This document shows, one piece after another, positions 12,457 to 26,071 of a stretch of 64,000 bases of DNA. This DNA is from Octopus vulgaris. Its lineage: Eukaryota. The stretch spans positions 20,522,001 to 20,586,000 of the forward strand of contig OX597816.1 in assembly GCA_951406725.2 (NCBI GenBank), given 5' to 3'. The notes beneath the pieces were generated by a model. The model did not search any database. It worked only from the letters and a program-made list of their open reading frames with translations, and was not told the DNA's origin. Within the stretch, counting starts at the first letter, position 1; every line of letters starts with the position of its first letter. A program made the translations under genes and the position numbers.

Positions 12457-13122
12457 ATTACCTCCGCTTTAGCGAAGGTGGAGGTATTGTTTACAATCAT
12501 GTTTGTTGGTTTGTTTGTCTTTGGACAAGATATCTCAAGGACCGCTGGATGGATTCAGATGAAACTTTCAATGATATTTGGTCTCAAGTCTGGCACAAAC
12601 TGATTAGATTTTGGGATTGATCTGGTACTGGACAAGGATTCTGGATTATTTTTCCTGCTTATTTACTTAATTTTTGAGAGTGCTTGGGTTTAAATTTTCA
12701 CATCTGCGTTTGTGAGAGCAATCGAGTTTATTTTAAATATCCTCATTTTAAAATTAATCTGTTGCTAATCATTGAGAGGACGTTGGTGTTGCCTTGATGA
12801 AGGTTCGCACTCTCTAAGTGCTCTTGTTTCAAATATTCTTATTTTAAAAATAATCTCTTGCTAATCATTGAGAGGACATTGGTGTTGCCTTGGTGGAGGT
12901 TTGCATTCTCTAAATGTTCTTGTTTCAAATTTCTTCATTTTAAAATTAATCTCTGGCTAATCATTGAGAGGACATTGGTGTTGCCTTGGCAGAGGTTTGT
13001 GCTCTCTGAGTGCTCTTTTTTTTTTTCAAATATCCTCATTTTAAAAATAATCTCTTGCTAATCGTTGAGTGGACACTGGTTTTGCCTTGGTGGAGGTTTG
13101 TGCTCTCTAAATGTACTTGTTC
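12457..13122 (+). mobile_element. Helentron-associated (HINE/DINE-1/Pearl-like) non-autonomous element with four tandem ~96-bp 3' units
   Basis: 5' hairpin acctccgc...gtggaggt, (GTTT)n, and a repeated 3' module with ggaggtttg; another copy at 39340-40140 (-). Confidence 0.6.
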
Positions 13123-13484
13123 ATTTTAATTTTAACACAAGGTAAAAAATTTTGAGGGAGATGGCAAGTCAATTACTTCAACACCAGTGCTTGACTGGTA
13201 CTTATTTTATCGACCCCCAAAAACATGAAAAGCAAATTAGAACTGAGAATGTGAAGCAGAGTGAAGAATACTGCCAAGCATATTCTGCTATCTTGCTGCC
13301 TGGTGGTGATATATAACAAAAACTATCAAATGTAATATTGTAGCTAGCCAAGTTAACTCTTTAGCATTTAAAGTAATCATAACAAGCTTAAATATTCAAC
13401 CTGTTTTATGTTTAAACTGACAATATCCAGCCTCTCATACTTATCTAACGATATTATTTTAAAAATTTATAATTACATTGAATT

Positions 13485-13581
13485 CGTGGCACCTTGGGCA
13501 GGTATCTTCCTCTATAGCGTAAGGCCGACCAAAGCCTTGTGAGTGGATTTGGTAGATAGAAACTGAAAGAAGCTCGTCGTA

Positions 13582-13640
<59 letters not shown>

Positions 13641-13855
13641 ATGTATGTTTGTGTGTCTGTGTTTGTCTCCCCCGCCAATATTGCTTGACAATCAATGCTG
13701 GTGTGTTTACGTCCCTGTAACCTAGTTCGGCAAAAGAGACCGATAGAATAAGTACTAGGCTTTCAAAGAATAAGTCCTGGGTATCGATTTGTTCAACTAA
13801 AGGCAGTGCTCCAGCATGGCCACAGTCAAATGACTGAAACAAGTAAAAGAGTAAA
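13485..13855 (+). mobile_element. SINE family A, 5'-truncated
   Basis: Sequence match to the other copies. Confidence 0.8.
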
Positions 13856-14179
13856 TGAGCATAGGCTTAGAAAGGGTGGATGTTACACTTGAATCAGAGA
13901 ATACTAATTTCACCAGAACTGAATGAGAAATATCAGGGTAATTGCATGTATGTGTTTTTAAGGGGTGTGACGAATATATTTGTGTGTATACACAAGGGAA
14001 AAAAGAAACTGAAAGACATTTTCTTTTGCCTCTGTCTTTATCATTTTCAAAACACTAATTATAAGTCAGTTATTTCCATTGATATTTCATCGTTATTATT
14101 TCTCCGATAATGTACATTCATTAGTTTCCATTCAATGACAGTGACTGTTCCGTACCAGGATGCATCTATCAATATATCT

Positions 14180-14546
14180 ACACACACACACACACAAACA
14201 AACAAACACACACATGTATATATATATATGCATACACACACACATACTTATGCACATGTATGCATGTATGTATGTATATGTTTATGGATATTTATGTATG
14301 TATCTCTCCCTCTTTCTTTCTCTTTCTCTCTCTCTATATATACATACATACACACACAGATGCAGACACACACATACAAACACATACACACACACACATA
14401 TATATACTTGGATAAATAAATAAATATATAAATATATCTATATCTATCTATATGTGTGTGTGTGTGTATGTATGTGTGTATGTATATATGTATACATGTG
14501 TGTGTATGTGTGTGTGCATGTGTGTGTGTAGATACAGATAGATAAT

Positions 14547-14594
<48 letters not shown>

Positions 14595-14690
14595 CAGACA
14601 GATTGATAGATAGATAGATAGATAGACATACATACATACATACATACATACATACATACATACATACATACATGCATATGTGTGTGTATT
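14180..14690. repeat. Compound (CA)/(TAGA)/(CATA) microsatellites
   Basis: Seen directly. Confidence 0.9.
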
Positions 14691-15149
14691 TTTTTTTCAT
14701 TTCAGATTTAGTTTCTTGTTTTGTACATACAACATACCAGAAGATGTAGTAGACAAAAATTAGGTTAATAACCTTTACTCTAGTAGAATTTATTGGACTA
14801 TCTCCTTAGTTCAGTGCAGTTATGCTGTACTATGATTGGTATATACATTTATTGAACTATTCAAAAACTTTTACATGTATACTTGTTAATAAAGTAGGAT
14901 TAAAAGTTCAGGACTTTTCAACAGAAATGAGTATGAATTGAATATTATCAATGCAAGGTGATGTGAAGGCATATGGCTTAGTGGTTAGAGCAGCATACTC
15001 ATGGCTGAGGGGTCGTGGGTTCAAATCTCAGGCTGGGTAATGTGTATGTATTTCTGATTTTTGCCTTCATGAATTTCCTCATTGTTATATTACCAATTTC
15101 TTTTGATGACATACTATTTATTCTTTTTCCTTTGTTCTGACATTTTGTC

Positions 15150-16330
15150 ATCTTTTTTCTACAGTTCATCTTTATATGTCCTTGGTTTCCTCAGCAGAAA
15201 CTTCCCACTTTTTTAAATGGACAATTTTTCCCGCAGGTGTATACCTCCGCGTGCAAAACATGGGTTTATATCCTGATGTTTGTCATATTTTTTAGAAAAC
15301 ACTTTATCCCTATTCGAACTATTTCACTCTTCCTTTACTTGGAAACAATCTATACATTCAGAACATGGGGATTTGCCCATTACACAACTGTACACTTTCC
15401 ACTAGGCACATGACCTAGTGGTTAGAGCAGTGAACTCGTGGTTCAGGGATCGCAGGTTCAAATCTCAGATCGAGCCATGTGTGTGTTTATGAGTGAAACA
15501 CCTAAGCTCTATGTTGCTCTGGCAGAAGGTAATGGCGAACTTCTGCTGACTCTTCGCCACAACTTTCTCTCACTCTTTCCTCTGTGTTGTGTCTTAATTT
15601 GACAATTCTTTCACATTCTTCTGACACTTGCTGTAGCATTACATCCTGATTTTGTTCCAGCCTTGCAAAGATTCTAGTTCTAACTTCTGTGTCCTTTTCA
15701 GTAATAATTCCCTGTGTAAAAATCAGGCATTTGAATATATCTGGCAATAATTTGTCCAGCTTAAACTTCTTGCATTCCCTCTTTACTCTACCAGCATATA
15801 TGATGTAGTCCATGTCGATGTTTCCCTCTATGTTCAGACACTTCCAAATTGTATTGAATAATGAGCATTTTTCACTGAAAAGTTTATACAATATACCTAC
15901 TGTGTCATTAAGGCTTATGTCGGAAGGTTTTCTTGACAGTACATAATTACTGTATCATTCATGTTCTGTTGCACCAGTTTCCTCAAGATTAAGCACATTT
16001 TTATCTCGTCCTAATCTTTACATTCTTTCTCGAAGATTTACTCATATCTTCTGTAGTATGCTTTGAAGGTAATTCCTTCATCAGGTTTGTATTTGAACTT
16101 CATTATGGAGTCGCAACATAGTCTGTCAAGAACACTTTTTCTGAATTTCCTGATGACTTAATTAATTACAGCATTTGTTGGTGTAATATTATTTGTTGTT
16201 GTTGGTGGTGTTGTTGTTGCTTCAGCTGTTGTTCTTACAGTTGTAGCTACTGCTGCTGCTGTTGCTGTTCTTTCAGCTGTTGTTGTTGCTGTTTTTGCAA
16301 CTTGCACACACCTGCCAACATATTTTCAAT
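15150..16330 (-). pseudogene. Gypsy (K02A2.6-like) gag remnant, interrupted at 15359-15581
   Basis: KYKPDEGITFKAYYRRYE...LFSEKCSLFNTIWKCLN...YAGRVKRECKKFKL...FKCLIFTQG...EVRTRIFARLEQ...ECERIVKLRH, then a degenerate zinc-knuckle region NPCFARGGIHLR.NCPF...GHIKMNC; stops and frameshifts present. Confidence 0.7.
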
Positions 16331-16771
16331 AATTTTATGATTTTGTTCATAAAATTCACACAACAAAAATTTTTGTGACTTTAACTCCTCATGAGTTAAT
16401 TAATTCCCCACTGAGTTTATTAATTCTTCATGAGTTGTTTAAATCATCATCACCACTGTTATATCCTTTAAAATGTTGGATTTTTATAACGCCCACTTCA
16501 GTATACAGTATTCTTTTCTTTTATTCTTTTATTTGTTTCAGTCATTTGACTGTGCCCATGCTGGAGCACCGCCTTTAGTCGAGCAAATAGACCCCAGGAC
16601 TTATTCTTTGTAAGCCATTGACAAAATATAACCTGTTATGTAATTGACAAAATATAACTTATTGTCAAAAGCTTTCTGGAAGTCCATAGGTTTGATTACT
16701 AATGCCTGGGTAAATGTGCATCTCAGCAGAACATGGGGATTTGCCCATTACACAACTGTACACTTTCCACT

Positions 16772-17075
16772 AGGCACATGACCTAGTGGTTAGAGCAGCG
16801 GACTCGCGGTTGAGGGATCATGGGCTCGAATCTCAGACCTGGTGATGTGTGTGTTTATGAGCAAAACACCTAAGCTCCACATGGCTCCGGCAGAAGGTAA
16901 TGGTGAACTTCTGCTGCCTCGTTCGTCACAACTGTCTCTCACTCTTTCCTTCTGCATCTTGCAGCTCACCTGCGATGGACTGGTGGCCCATCCAGGTGGG
17001 GAACCTATATGCCAAGGAAACTGGGAAATCAGCCCGTATGAGCCAGGCATGGCTTGAGAAGGAACAAACAACAAC
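16772..17075 (+). mobile_element. tRNA-derived SINE family D with (CAA)n tail
   Basis: ggcacatgacctagtggttagagcagcggactcgcgg head; flanked by the TSD-like acaactgtacactttccact (16752 and ~17718). Confidence 0.8.
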
Positions 17076-17079
17076 TGTA

Positions 17080-17712
17080 GGGCGGTGAGCTGGAAGAGCT
17101 TAGCGGTATTTTGTCTGCCGTTACATTCTGAGTTCAAATTCGGCCGATGTCGACTTTGCCTTTCATCCTTTCTGGGTCGATTAAATAAGTACCAATACCA
17201 ACATATGGATGCGAGACCTGGACACTAAAGAAAGCTGACCAGAAAAGAATTAATGCATTCGAGCTTTGGTGTTGGAGAAGACTTTTGCGGATTCCATGGA
17301 CAGCGAGGCTCACCAATGGCGAAGTTCTTAAGCAGATAAGGTCAAAAATGTCACTAGAAGCTAGGATCACCAAGCATAGATTGGCATATTTCGGTCATAT
17401 TATGCGGAAAAAATCCCTGAAGAAGGACATCATGCTTGGAATGGTCAGTGGCAAGAGAGGAAGAGGCCGACCAAGAACCCACTGGCTTGACACCATCAAG
17501 AGTGATACCGGAATGGGCATAGTCGGTCTGAAAGAAGCAGCCCAGGATAGAACTGACTGGAGGACCCTGATCCAATGAGTGACCGAGAGTCGACTTCAAC
17601 TGAGCGGATAGAGAGATGCACTGGGGTCGATATAATTGACTTAATCCGTCTGTCTCTCCTTGTTTGTCTTCTCTGTGCTTAGCCCCTGGTGGGTAGTAAA
17701 GAAATAGGAATA
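17080..17712 (+). mobile_element. SINE family C interrupted by an RTE LINE
   Basis: ataagtacca|...|gcactggggtcgat is contiguous in the 29111 copy. Confidence 0.75.
17195..17617 (+). pseudogene. 5'-truncated RTE-BovB-like LINE 3' end
   Basis: TYGCETWTLKKADQKRINAFELWCWRRLLRIPWTAR...YFGHIMR..SLKKDIMLGMVSGKRGRGRPR..WLD...AAQDRTDWR. Confidence 0.9.
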
Positions 17713-18238
17713 AGCAACAACTGTACACTTTCCACTTTATGAGTCATGCTTCCTCTTCATGTAAGTGCTCATCAACCTCCTTCATCAGGTGGATAAGGAG
17801 AATCAGAGGAGTCTTTGTGAGAGTCGAGTAGCAGGGTTATCCTGCTCTGGTTTTTACTACAAGTCTTTAGCAGCATCAGGGATACGAATTTTGAAATTCT
17901 GCATTTAACATAAAACGCACATTTGTGAGTTCATTTCCAACCTAATGTTCCACAAAAAATTAAACCATTTCTTTTTTTATATTTTATCTTTTTTATTTTT
18001 TTATTTTTTATTATTTTTATTTTTTTATTTTTTTACTAAAACAGAATCGCTGATTCGAACAATCTGAAAATTGTTACCATTTATTTACTGAATACTCTCT
18101 TTCCCTCTCATTTATTTTTTTCCCCCCCACCATCTTTTATTTCCATTTTAACTTGCATCCATCCGTATTTTAGCATTTCTAATATGTGCAACCATAGCAA
18201 TATTGTTCACATGTAATTGATATGCAACAGTCTATTTC

Positions 18239-18270
<32 letters not shown>

Positions 18271-18495
18271 TTTTTATCATTTCCCATTTTGTTCTGTTTA
18301 TTCAGTGGCCATTCTCATAACATCAAGCTTTCTTTAATAACAACGTCTCTTTAATGTTTTACCTTTTTATTTCACAGCATTGATCACCTATTACTTGATA
18401 CGCAACATCATTTTCCTTCTACGCTCTGCAACAATCCTCTAAGCTCTCATCTATTTATAGCCACAAATTTAAGTATACGTGCTTTTCTTATGGAC

Positions 18496-18548
18496 ATATA
18501 TATATATGTGTGTTTGTATATATATATATATATGTATATATGTATATA

Positions 18549-18638
<90 letters not shown>

Positions 18639-18660
18639 TTATATATATATATGCATATAT

Positions 18661-18691
<31 letters not shown>

Positions 18692-18936
18692 CATAGAAAA
18701 ACATACATACATAGCTACATATATGTATGTCTATATATATATATATGCATATATATATATATGTATATATATGTACATGTATATATATATATATGTATAT
18801 ATATGTATATGTACATATATATATATATACATATATATTCTGTTATTCTGTTATTTGCTTAAGTCAATATATATATATGTGTGTATACATGTATGTGTAT
18901 ACGTATGTGTGTGTGTGTATATAAGTATATATTCAG

Positions 18937-18968
<32 letters not shown>

Positions 18969-19097
18969 ATACACACATACACACACACATATATATATAT
19001 ATATGTAAACACACACATGCATACATAACGTGCACAAACATATATACAAACATATAGATACTTACACACACACACACACACACACACTTACACACAC
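18496..19097. repeat. (TA)n-rich compound microsatellite
   Basis: Seen directly. Confidence 0.95.
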
Positions 19098-19789
19098 CAT
19101 TCATAAATTCTGTTTTTTAGTTTCCCCCCCAATCATTTTTTAAAAATCCTTTTTATGCTCCTGTGTGTTTTTACACTAATGCATTTTGCACACAAAACCA
19201 CTTTAGCTATCATAATATAGCATCCATTTACTTGTGCAATAATTTTTATTTAAACTTCTAACAACTTAGGTGATGTGGCTGATGTTTCTCTCTGACAGTA
19301 TATTTGGCAGATTCTTGCCGAAAAACTCAATTCTACCCAAAGATATACAACTGCGATTAACTAGAATCCTGAACAATAGGTGATTAAGTGATGAGTTATT
19401 AGTTTTGTCCGTAATTTGGCAAAAGCGAATTAAATGACCGAGAGTTTGGAGATGATAATGCTGATACTGAAAATTCCTAATATGGACAAAGTATCACACT
19501 TTGTGACAGAGAAAAATGACGGTTGAATTGACATTATCATTCCTCTAATGGACAAAAGCAAACGCTGACCCAGAGAAGATTTGTACTCAGAACATAACAG
19601 GGGAAGAATTAATCCTTTTGATATCAACCAGTTCAGTACCATCTCTGGTTTTCTCCTCCACAGACTTTCTTTTTTAAAGTTATTTAATTTGAAAATATCC
19701 TATTAAAATTTTATGCTAATTTATGTTAAGTTATGTTAAATTATGCTCTAAACTTCTGTTTTAATAACAGAGTTAGCTCGGTATGTTAT

Positions 19790-20180
19790 CTTTTACCTTT
19801 TACTTGTTTCAGTCATTAGACTGTGGTCGACTTTGCCCGTTGTCCTTTCAGGGTCGATAAAATAAGTACCAGTTGAGTAATGGGGTCGTTATAATCAACT
19901 GACCCCCTCCTCAAAAGCTTCAGGACTTGTGCCTATATTAGAAAGGATTATAAGTTTCAGATTTTTAAGGTTGTCAGTTGGCAGAATTCCTTGTGTTTTG
20001 GACAAAATGCTCAGCCATATTTCTTCCAGCACTTTACCGGTTTCAAATTCTGCCACATTTGACTTTGCCTTTCTTCCTTGTGGGGTCAATGAAATAAATT
20101 CCAGTCAAGTACTGGGTTTTCTTGTAACCAACTTCTCCCTCTTCAAAAATTCTGGCCTTGAACCAAAATCTAAAAGGATA
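19790..20180 (+). mobile_element. Two degenerate SINE family C pieces
   Basis: gtcgactttgcc...gtcgataaaataagtaccagttg motifs. Confidence 0.55.
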
Positions 20181-21314
20181 ATAAGTCAAACATTTTAATT
20201 AAATCATTAACAGTAACAATTTTTAGTCATCACCGTTTCTAATAATTATATTTTTTAGACTAAGAACTCTTCATCAGGTTGATATTAATATTAAACAAGG
20301 TGATCCTTTAAGAAAGCTTCATTAATTAATTTCTGTAATCAGTTGCATGTTGTTTAATAAACCTCCTTAAAACCATTAAAGATCATAGGCTCAACCCTTC
20401 ATGGTGATAACAAGGATGGGACAAGAAAGAGGGCTGGATTACAAAGCACAAACTGATTCAGAGCATTATCTCTTTTCATTTGATGTGTCCTTCACTATCA
20501 GTTTCTTAGAAAGTTAATCATCGTGGTTGACAACAATTGTGGACAATATCTTGTGACAAGCAAACTAGCCAACAAAGTGGATGTGCTTAATAGTAGTGAA
20601 TACAACAAATGGGAATATTAAACCTATTAAAATTGCACCATTTTCTTGTACTAAATTCCCTACTAAGATGCAATGTGTCAAGTACGTTAATTCCCTAAAG
20701 TGCTTTTAATTAATGCATCCTATTAATCTTGAAACATTGCTTATCAGAGAACCTAAATCCACTAAAGGAAATCCAATTATACTGACAATTTGCTTAACTA
20801 CTATTGTTTAGCACTTAGAAATTGAATTTGATGAGGAATGATTAGAAGCACACTCTTAGACAAATGAATTAAAGATGAGATAAAATTACCAAAGCAAATA
20901 TTATTGCTATTTTTCACACTTAATATTAAGTTCCCTTCTTGCTGGCCATTTTACTGAAAGTTTTCTTCTGTCTCTGTTATTACTACGAAATAGCAGCTTG
21001 AAGTCATAGATTTTCCATTGAAAAATTTGACCACATACATATACTAAGTGATAAATTAGTAATAACACCGTAGAGTTTTTAAAGGTAAAAAGTAACTAAA
21101 AAAAAGTTTGTGGACACCAGAAAAAAGCAGTGAGAGTGATTCCTCGTTTAATGAAAGACAAAAAAGCTTGGCTAATGACAATTATTATTTTTTTGTTAGT
21201 CTAAGGAGGTGTGCAGACAGATCAGTTAGTACATTGGCAGAATAGTTAGTATATTGGACAAGTATATTGGAATCATAACAGCATTGGAAAACAGTGTTTT
21301 ATGTAATTTCTTTC

Positions 21315-21836
21315 AAGCACCAATCGATTGTGGCCATTGCCAGCCTACCCTGGCACCTAAAAAGTACCATCCATACGTGGCTGATGCCAGCGCCGCCTTG
21401 ACTGGCTTCCATGCTGGTGGCACGTAAAAAGCACCAAACAATCGTGGCCATAGCCAGCCTCCCCTGGCACCTGTGCCAGTGGAACCTAAAGAGCACCATC
21501 CATACATGGCCGATGCCAGCGCCCCCTTGACTGGCTTCCATTGCGGTGGCATGTAAAAAGCACCAACTGATCGTGGCTGTTGCCAGCCTCCCCTGGCACG
21601 TAAAAAGCACCAACCGATCGTGGCCATTGCCAGCCTCCCCTGGCACCTGCGCCAGTGGCACGTAAAAAGCACCCACTACACTCATGGAGTCGTTGGCGTT
21701 AGGAAGGGCATCCAGCTGTAGAAACACTGCCAGATCAGACTGGAGCCTGGTACAGCCTCCTGGCTTCTCAGACCCTGGTCAAACCATCCAACTAGCATGG
21801 AAAACGGATGTTAAATGATGAGGATGATGATGATAA
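21315..21836 (+). mobile_element. RTE 3'UTR-type repeat with ~6 tandem units
   Basis: ggcacgtaaaaagcacc units plus the shared 3' end. Confidence 0.7.
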
Positions 21837-22417
21837 TCTTTACATTCTGAGTTCAAATTCCACTGAAGAAATTTCCCTTTATTCTTATGGGCTTTGTATA
21901 TAATAAGTATTAATCCAAAACTAGGATTGATGTTATTGCCAAGCCCCCACCTGTTTCCTCTTAAAATTGCTGATCTTGTGCTAAAATTTGAAAAAAACAT
22001 TTTAGCTGCATTTCTTCTGGTTCCCTATATTCTAGATTCAAATTTTTCCAAGAACAACTCTGTCTTTTATCCTTTCCAAGGATGATAAAACAAGTACCAG
22101 TCACGTGCTAGAATTAATGTACTTGACTTATCTTCTCTACTCAAAAATGCTTCTCTTTTGCCATAATTAGAAAGAATTATGGCAAAATAACGACAACTGA
22201 AGCTAAAATGAAGAAAACACCACATGCAATGGAACTGAACCTGAGACCATCTGGTTACAAAGTGGGTTTCTTCTTAACCATCCCTGTGCTTATGTAGTGT
22301 TTTCTTCATTTTAGCTTCAGTTGTTGTCATTATTGTTGATGTTAGCTTCCCCTTCAGTCCTAATCAAAGAGACCCAGAATCAAAGATATTAAGGCCATAA
22401 TCTTCTCATCTCTCTGC

Positions 22418-22418
<1 letters not shown>

Positions 22419-22449
<31 letters not shown>

Positions 22450-23060
22450 CTTCTTCTTCTTCTTCTTCTTCTTCTCTTTCCTCTTCTTTTTCTCCTTCTT
22501 TTTCTTCTCCTTATTTTTCTCTCCTCCTCCTCTTCCTTCTTTTCTTCCTCCTCTTCCTTCCCCTCATTCACTTCCTCCTCCCCATCCTTCTCCTTTCCTC
22601 TTCCTTCATTTTCTTCTCCTCCTCTTCCTTCTTTTCTTCCTCCTCTTCCTTCCCCTCATTCTCTTCTTCCTCCTCATCCTTCTTTCCCTCTTCCTTCATT
22701 TTCTTCTCCTCCTCCTCTTCTCCTCCTTCTCCTCCACTTTCTTCTTTTCCTCATCTTCCTCCTCCTCATCCTTCTCCTTTCCTCTTCCTTCATTTTCTTC
22801 TCCTCCTCCACCTCTTCCTCCTCTTCTTCTCCTCCACTTTCTTCTTTTCCTCATCTTCCTCCTTCACTGCCTCCTGTTTCTCTTTCTCCTCCTTTTCCCC
22901 TCTTTCTCACCCGTTTCCCCTCTTTCTCCTCCACCTCCACCTCCACATCTTTCTTCTTCTCCTTCTTCTAGTTATTTTCCTTCTTCTTCCTCCCCTTTCT
23001 TTCTTCTTCTTCTTCCTCTTCTTCTTCTTTTTCTCCTCCTCCTCCTCTCCTTCCTCCTCC
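22419..23060. repeat. Polypyrimidine (TCT)n/(CCT)n tract with ~90-100 bp internal duplications
   Basis: Seen directly. Confidence 0.9.
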
Positions 23061-23539
23061 AGGCAGTGGGACTACATCAGCCAATATATCCTTCATGTTT
23101 TACTCTGTGATGATAATAAATAAGATAAGGTGAAAAATCTGTCATAAAAGAAGCGAAAGGAGGAATACATAAAAAAAAAAAAAGTAGAAAAGGAACAACA
23201 ATCAGCTGCCGAAAATGGGAAAACGTTGCACTAACATTCTCCCCTTATTAAGCACCCACGTTCTGAATTTAAATAGGGTTCGCACTTACTTCATCTTTCA
23301 TTTCAAAAGAATCAAATAACATAATATAATGTGATTGATTTTATTATCTATTCTGACTTTTAGTAATCTTGACCGGCGTTGAATTTCAGCAAAAGCAATG
23401 CTTATTGAGAGGAGATTGAATTTATAGAAATATTAGGACACTATGTGATACAAGGATGGCCAAAAGTTACCCGACAGTAAATCAAAATTCCATAAATACT
23501 TAATATTCAATTTTATTTATTCATTTTAAATTGTGAATG

Positions 23540-23661
23540 TTCCAGGTTCAGTCCCACTGTGTGGTACCTTGGGCAAGTGTCTTCTATTATAGCCTCAGGT
23601 CGACCAAAGCCTTGTGAGTGGATTTGGTAGACGGAAATTGAAAGAAGCCTGTTGTATATAA

Positions 23662-23698
<37 letters not shown>

Positions 23699-24040
23699 AA
23701 AAAGGGACAGGCAAAACAGGTTGCTTGACCGCATACCGAAAAAATAGAAATAGCAGTCAAGAATGCTTATTTCTATCAAAGTTGGACTCCGGGCATGACA
23801 GACCCTGTAATTCACATATGCAAAACAGAAGGAATAGATAACGAATACGAAGTCTGGCGGTTATCTGTGAACATCATGTTTCTGGATTATAAACATATTG
23901 AATATATATTCCATATATTTTTTATATATATTTCAACTTTACAGAAGTTCCTGCCGGTAATCGGCTATATTTACATACCGAATTCTACCAGTAAATAATT
24001 GGGTTTTTTTTAAAAGCCTTTATAGAAATTATTTACTCTT

Positions 24041-24077
<37 letters not shown>

Positions 24078-24310
24078 GTATATGTATGTATGTCTATATG
24101 TTTGTGTGTCTGTGTTTATCTCCCCAACATCGCTTGACAACCGATGCTGGTGTGTTTACATCCCTGTAACTTAGTGGTTCGGCAAAAGAGACCGATAGAA
24201 TAAGTACTAGGCTTACAAAGAATAAGTCCTGGGGTCGATTTGCATGACTAAAGGTGGTGCTCCAGCATGGCCACAGTCAAATAACTGAAACGAATAAATG
24301 AGTAAAAGAG
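23540..24310 (+). mobile_element. SINE family A split by a ~350-bp unclassified insertion (23697-24045) in its (TA)n core
   Basis: 5' half ends at ~23660 and 3' half resumes at ~24080. Confidence 0.7.
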
Positions 24311-25358
24311 TTTGATAATTAAGTGCTGTGACCATTTTTCACCATGTTTCACCATTTTTTCCAGACATTTATCTATTTATTAGTGAAGTTTCATATAAAG
24401 TAATTTTTTGTTTTAATCTTGGAATTGAATGGTTTTGATCTATTGTCAGGTGACTTTTGGTCAGCCTTTTCTCCCAGCATCCACTATTTTCCTCTCGTTC
24501 TGGTCTAATGACCCCCCATGTCTGTTTTCATTCAGTTCCTTGTATGTCTCTACTGTCATTTTTTTGTTCCCAGATTTAACCCTCCATAAATCCTAAATTT
24601 TATTTTAGAATTTATGGGAACAACTCCCTTTGAAGACTCATATTGTCATTGAATGCTCGAAATGAGGAGTAGATAGACACCCAACAACTGATGACATGTC
24701 CCTTCTCTGTGTTAACTTGTCCTGTTTTCCATTTTTTTCTCGTTGTTTACCTCACAGCAAGGTACTTTGAGACTGTCATATACAAAGAAATGAGGAAAAT
24801 TGCATCTTTTAATATAGTCAGTATTAATTAAGACTGTGATGTCTATATATATTAACGAATCTCTGTTCTTTCGGTTATGTTTCCCATCAGTCCTAATCAA
24901 TGAGATTTACAATGAAAGATCTTTCATATTATGGCCAGCTCTCCTTGTTATCAGACTGTGTTCACTTAAGCCAACATTATCTAATCTATTTATTTTTTCT
25001 TTTAAGACAATAGTGTGTAATTTCTTTAAAATTCCGATGCTATTTCCTGCTGTTTGAATGACTCCTTAGAAGATTCCCTGCTCCCTCATTAATTTGGAGA
25101 TATCAGATGAAAATTGCTGATGATTGAGAATTAAGTAATAACCAGGAACCTTAAAATAGTAAAGATGTCAAAATAATTGTTAGTGTTATTTAACCCCACA
25201 AGCTAAACTATGCACGTATTTTGCTATCCTGCCATTTTAATGGTGTGTAGCTAGACATTATCTAATGATACTTGGGCAAGCATTTCCTACTATCATTCTA
25301 AGCTAACAAAAGCCTTGTGAAACAGAAAGAAACCAACATATATATATAAATATATATA

Positions 25359-25871
25359 TCTATATATATAAAACTGTAGTTGTGTGAGTGTCTGTCCCCT
25401 TCGATTTAGATTCCTAACTACTCCCACATTTTGCGGTGCAGTTTAACCAAAACCTGGTATCTTATAGTCGTGATTCATATCGAGCCCGTCTGAGAATTAG
25501 CACGTGTCTATGATGAGTCTACGATTTTAAAAATAATTTAACATCATTTTTTATTCCATTTTAATGCATAATTTTTCGTGTGTCGATGGTGGCGGAGTTG
25601 GCGTCCATGGTCACACCTGCACCTGTTTGCTTCTCCCCCTTCTTCCCTCCCTCGTGAAGCTGTGGGGAAGGGAGTGTAAGGAAATCAACGTCGTAATGCG
25701 TTGTCAAGGAGACCAGCGTTCTTTTAGAACAACGACTTCATGGCTTGAAGACACCAAAACAAAAATGGCTAGGAAAGCCCGAATTGGCATCTATAAGGGA
25801 AGTAACTCTCTAAAAATGCTTATATAGTTATTTCCCTTACAAACCCGAGCAACGCCAGGCGATACTGCTAT
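25359..25871 (+). mobile_element. Non-autonomous Helitron
   Basis: A|TCtatatatataaaa 5' end; 3' hairpin cccgagcaacgccagg followed by atactgCTA; related to 57606-58004. Confidence 0.75.
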
Positions 25872-25917
25872 ATATATATATATATATATATATAGATAGA
25901 TAGATAGATAGATAGAT

Positions 25918-26005
<88 letters not shown>

Positions 26006-26071
26006 GTAGATAGATACATTTATATATTTGTTTTGCAAGATTTTTTATGTGAAACCGTGTGTTGAAACAGA

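Noticed and set aside
20225-20280. Minus-strand CTGATGA...GAAAC
   Set aside because: No convincing stem I or stem II
24420-25130. Possible old retroelement coding remnant
   Set aside because: No motif I could confidently assign
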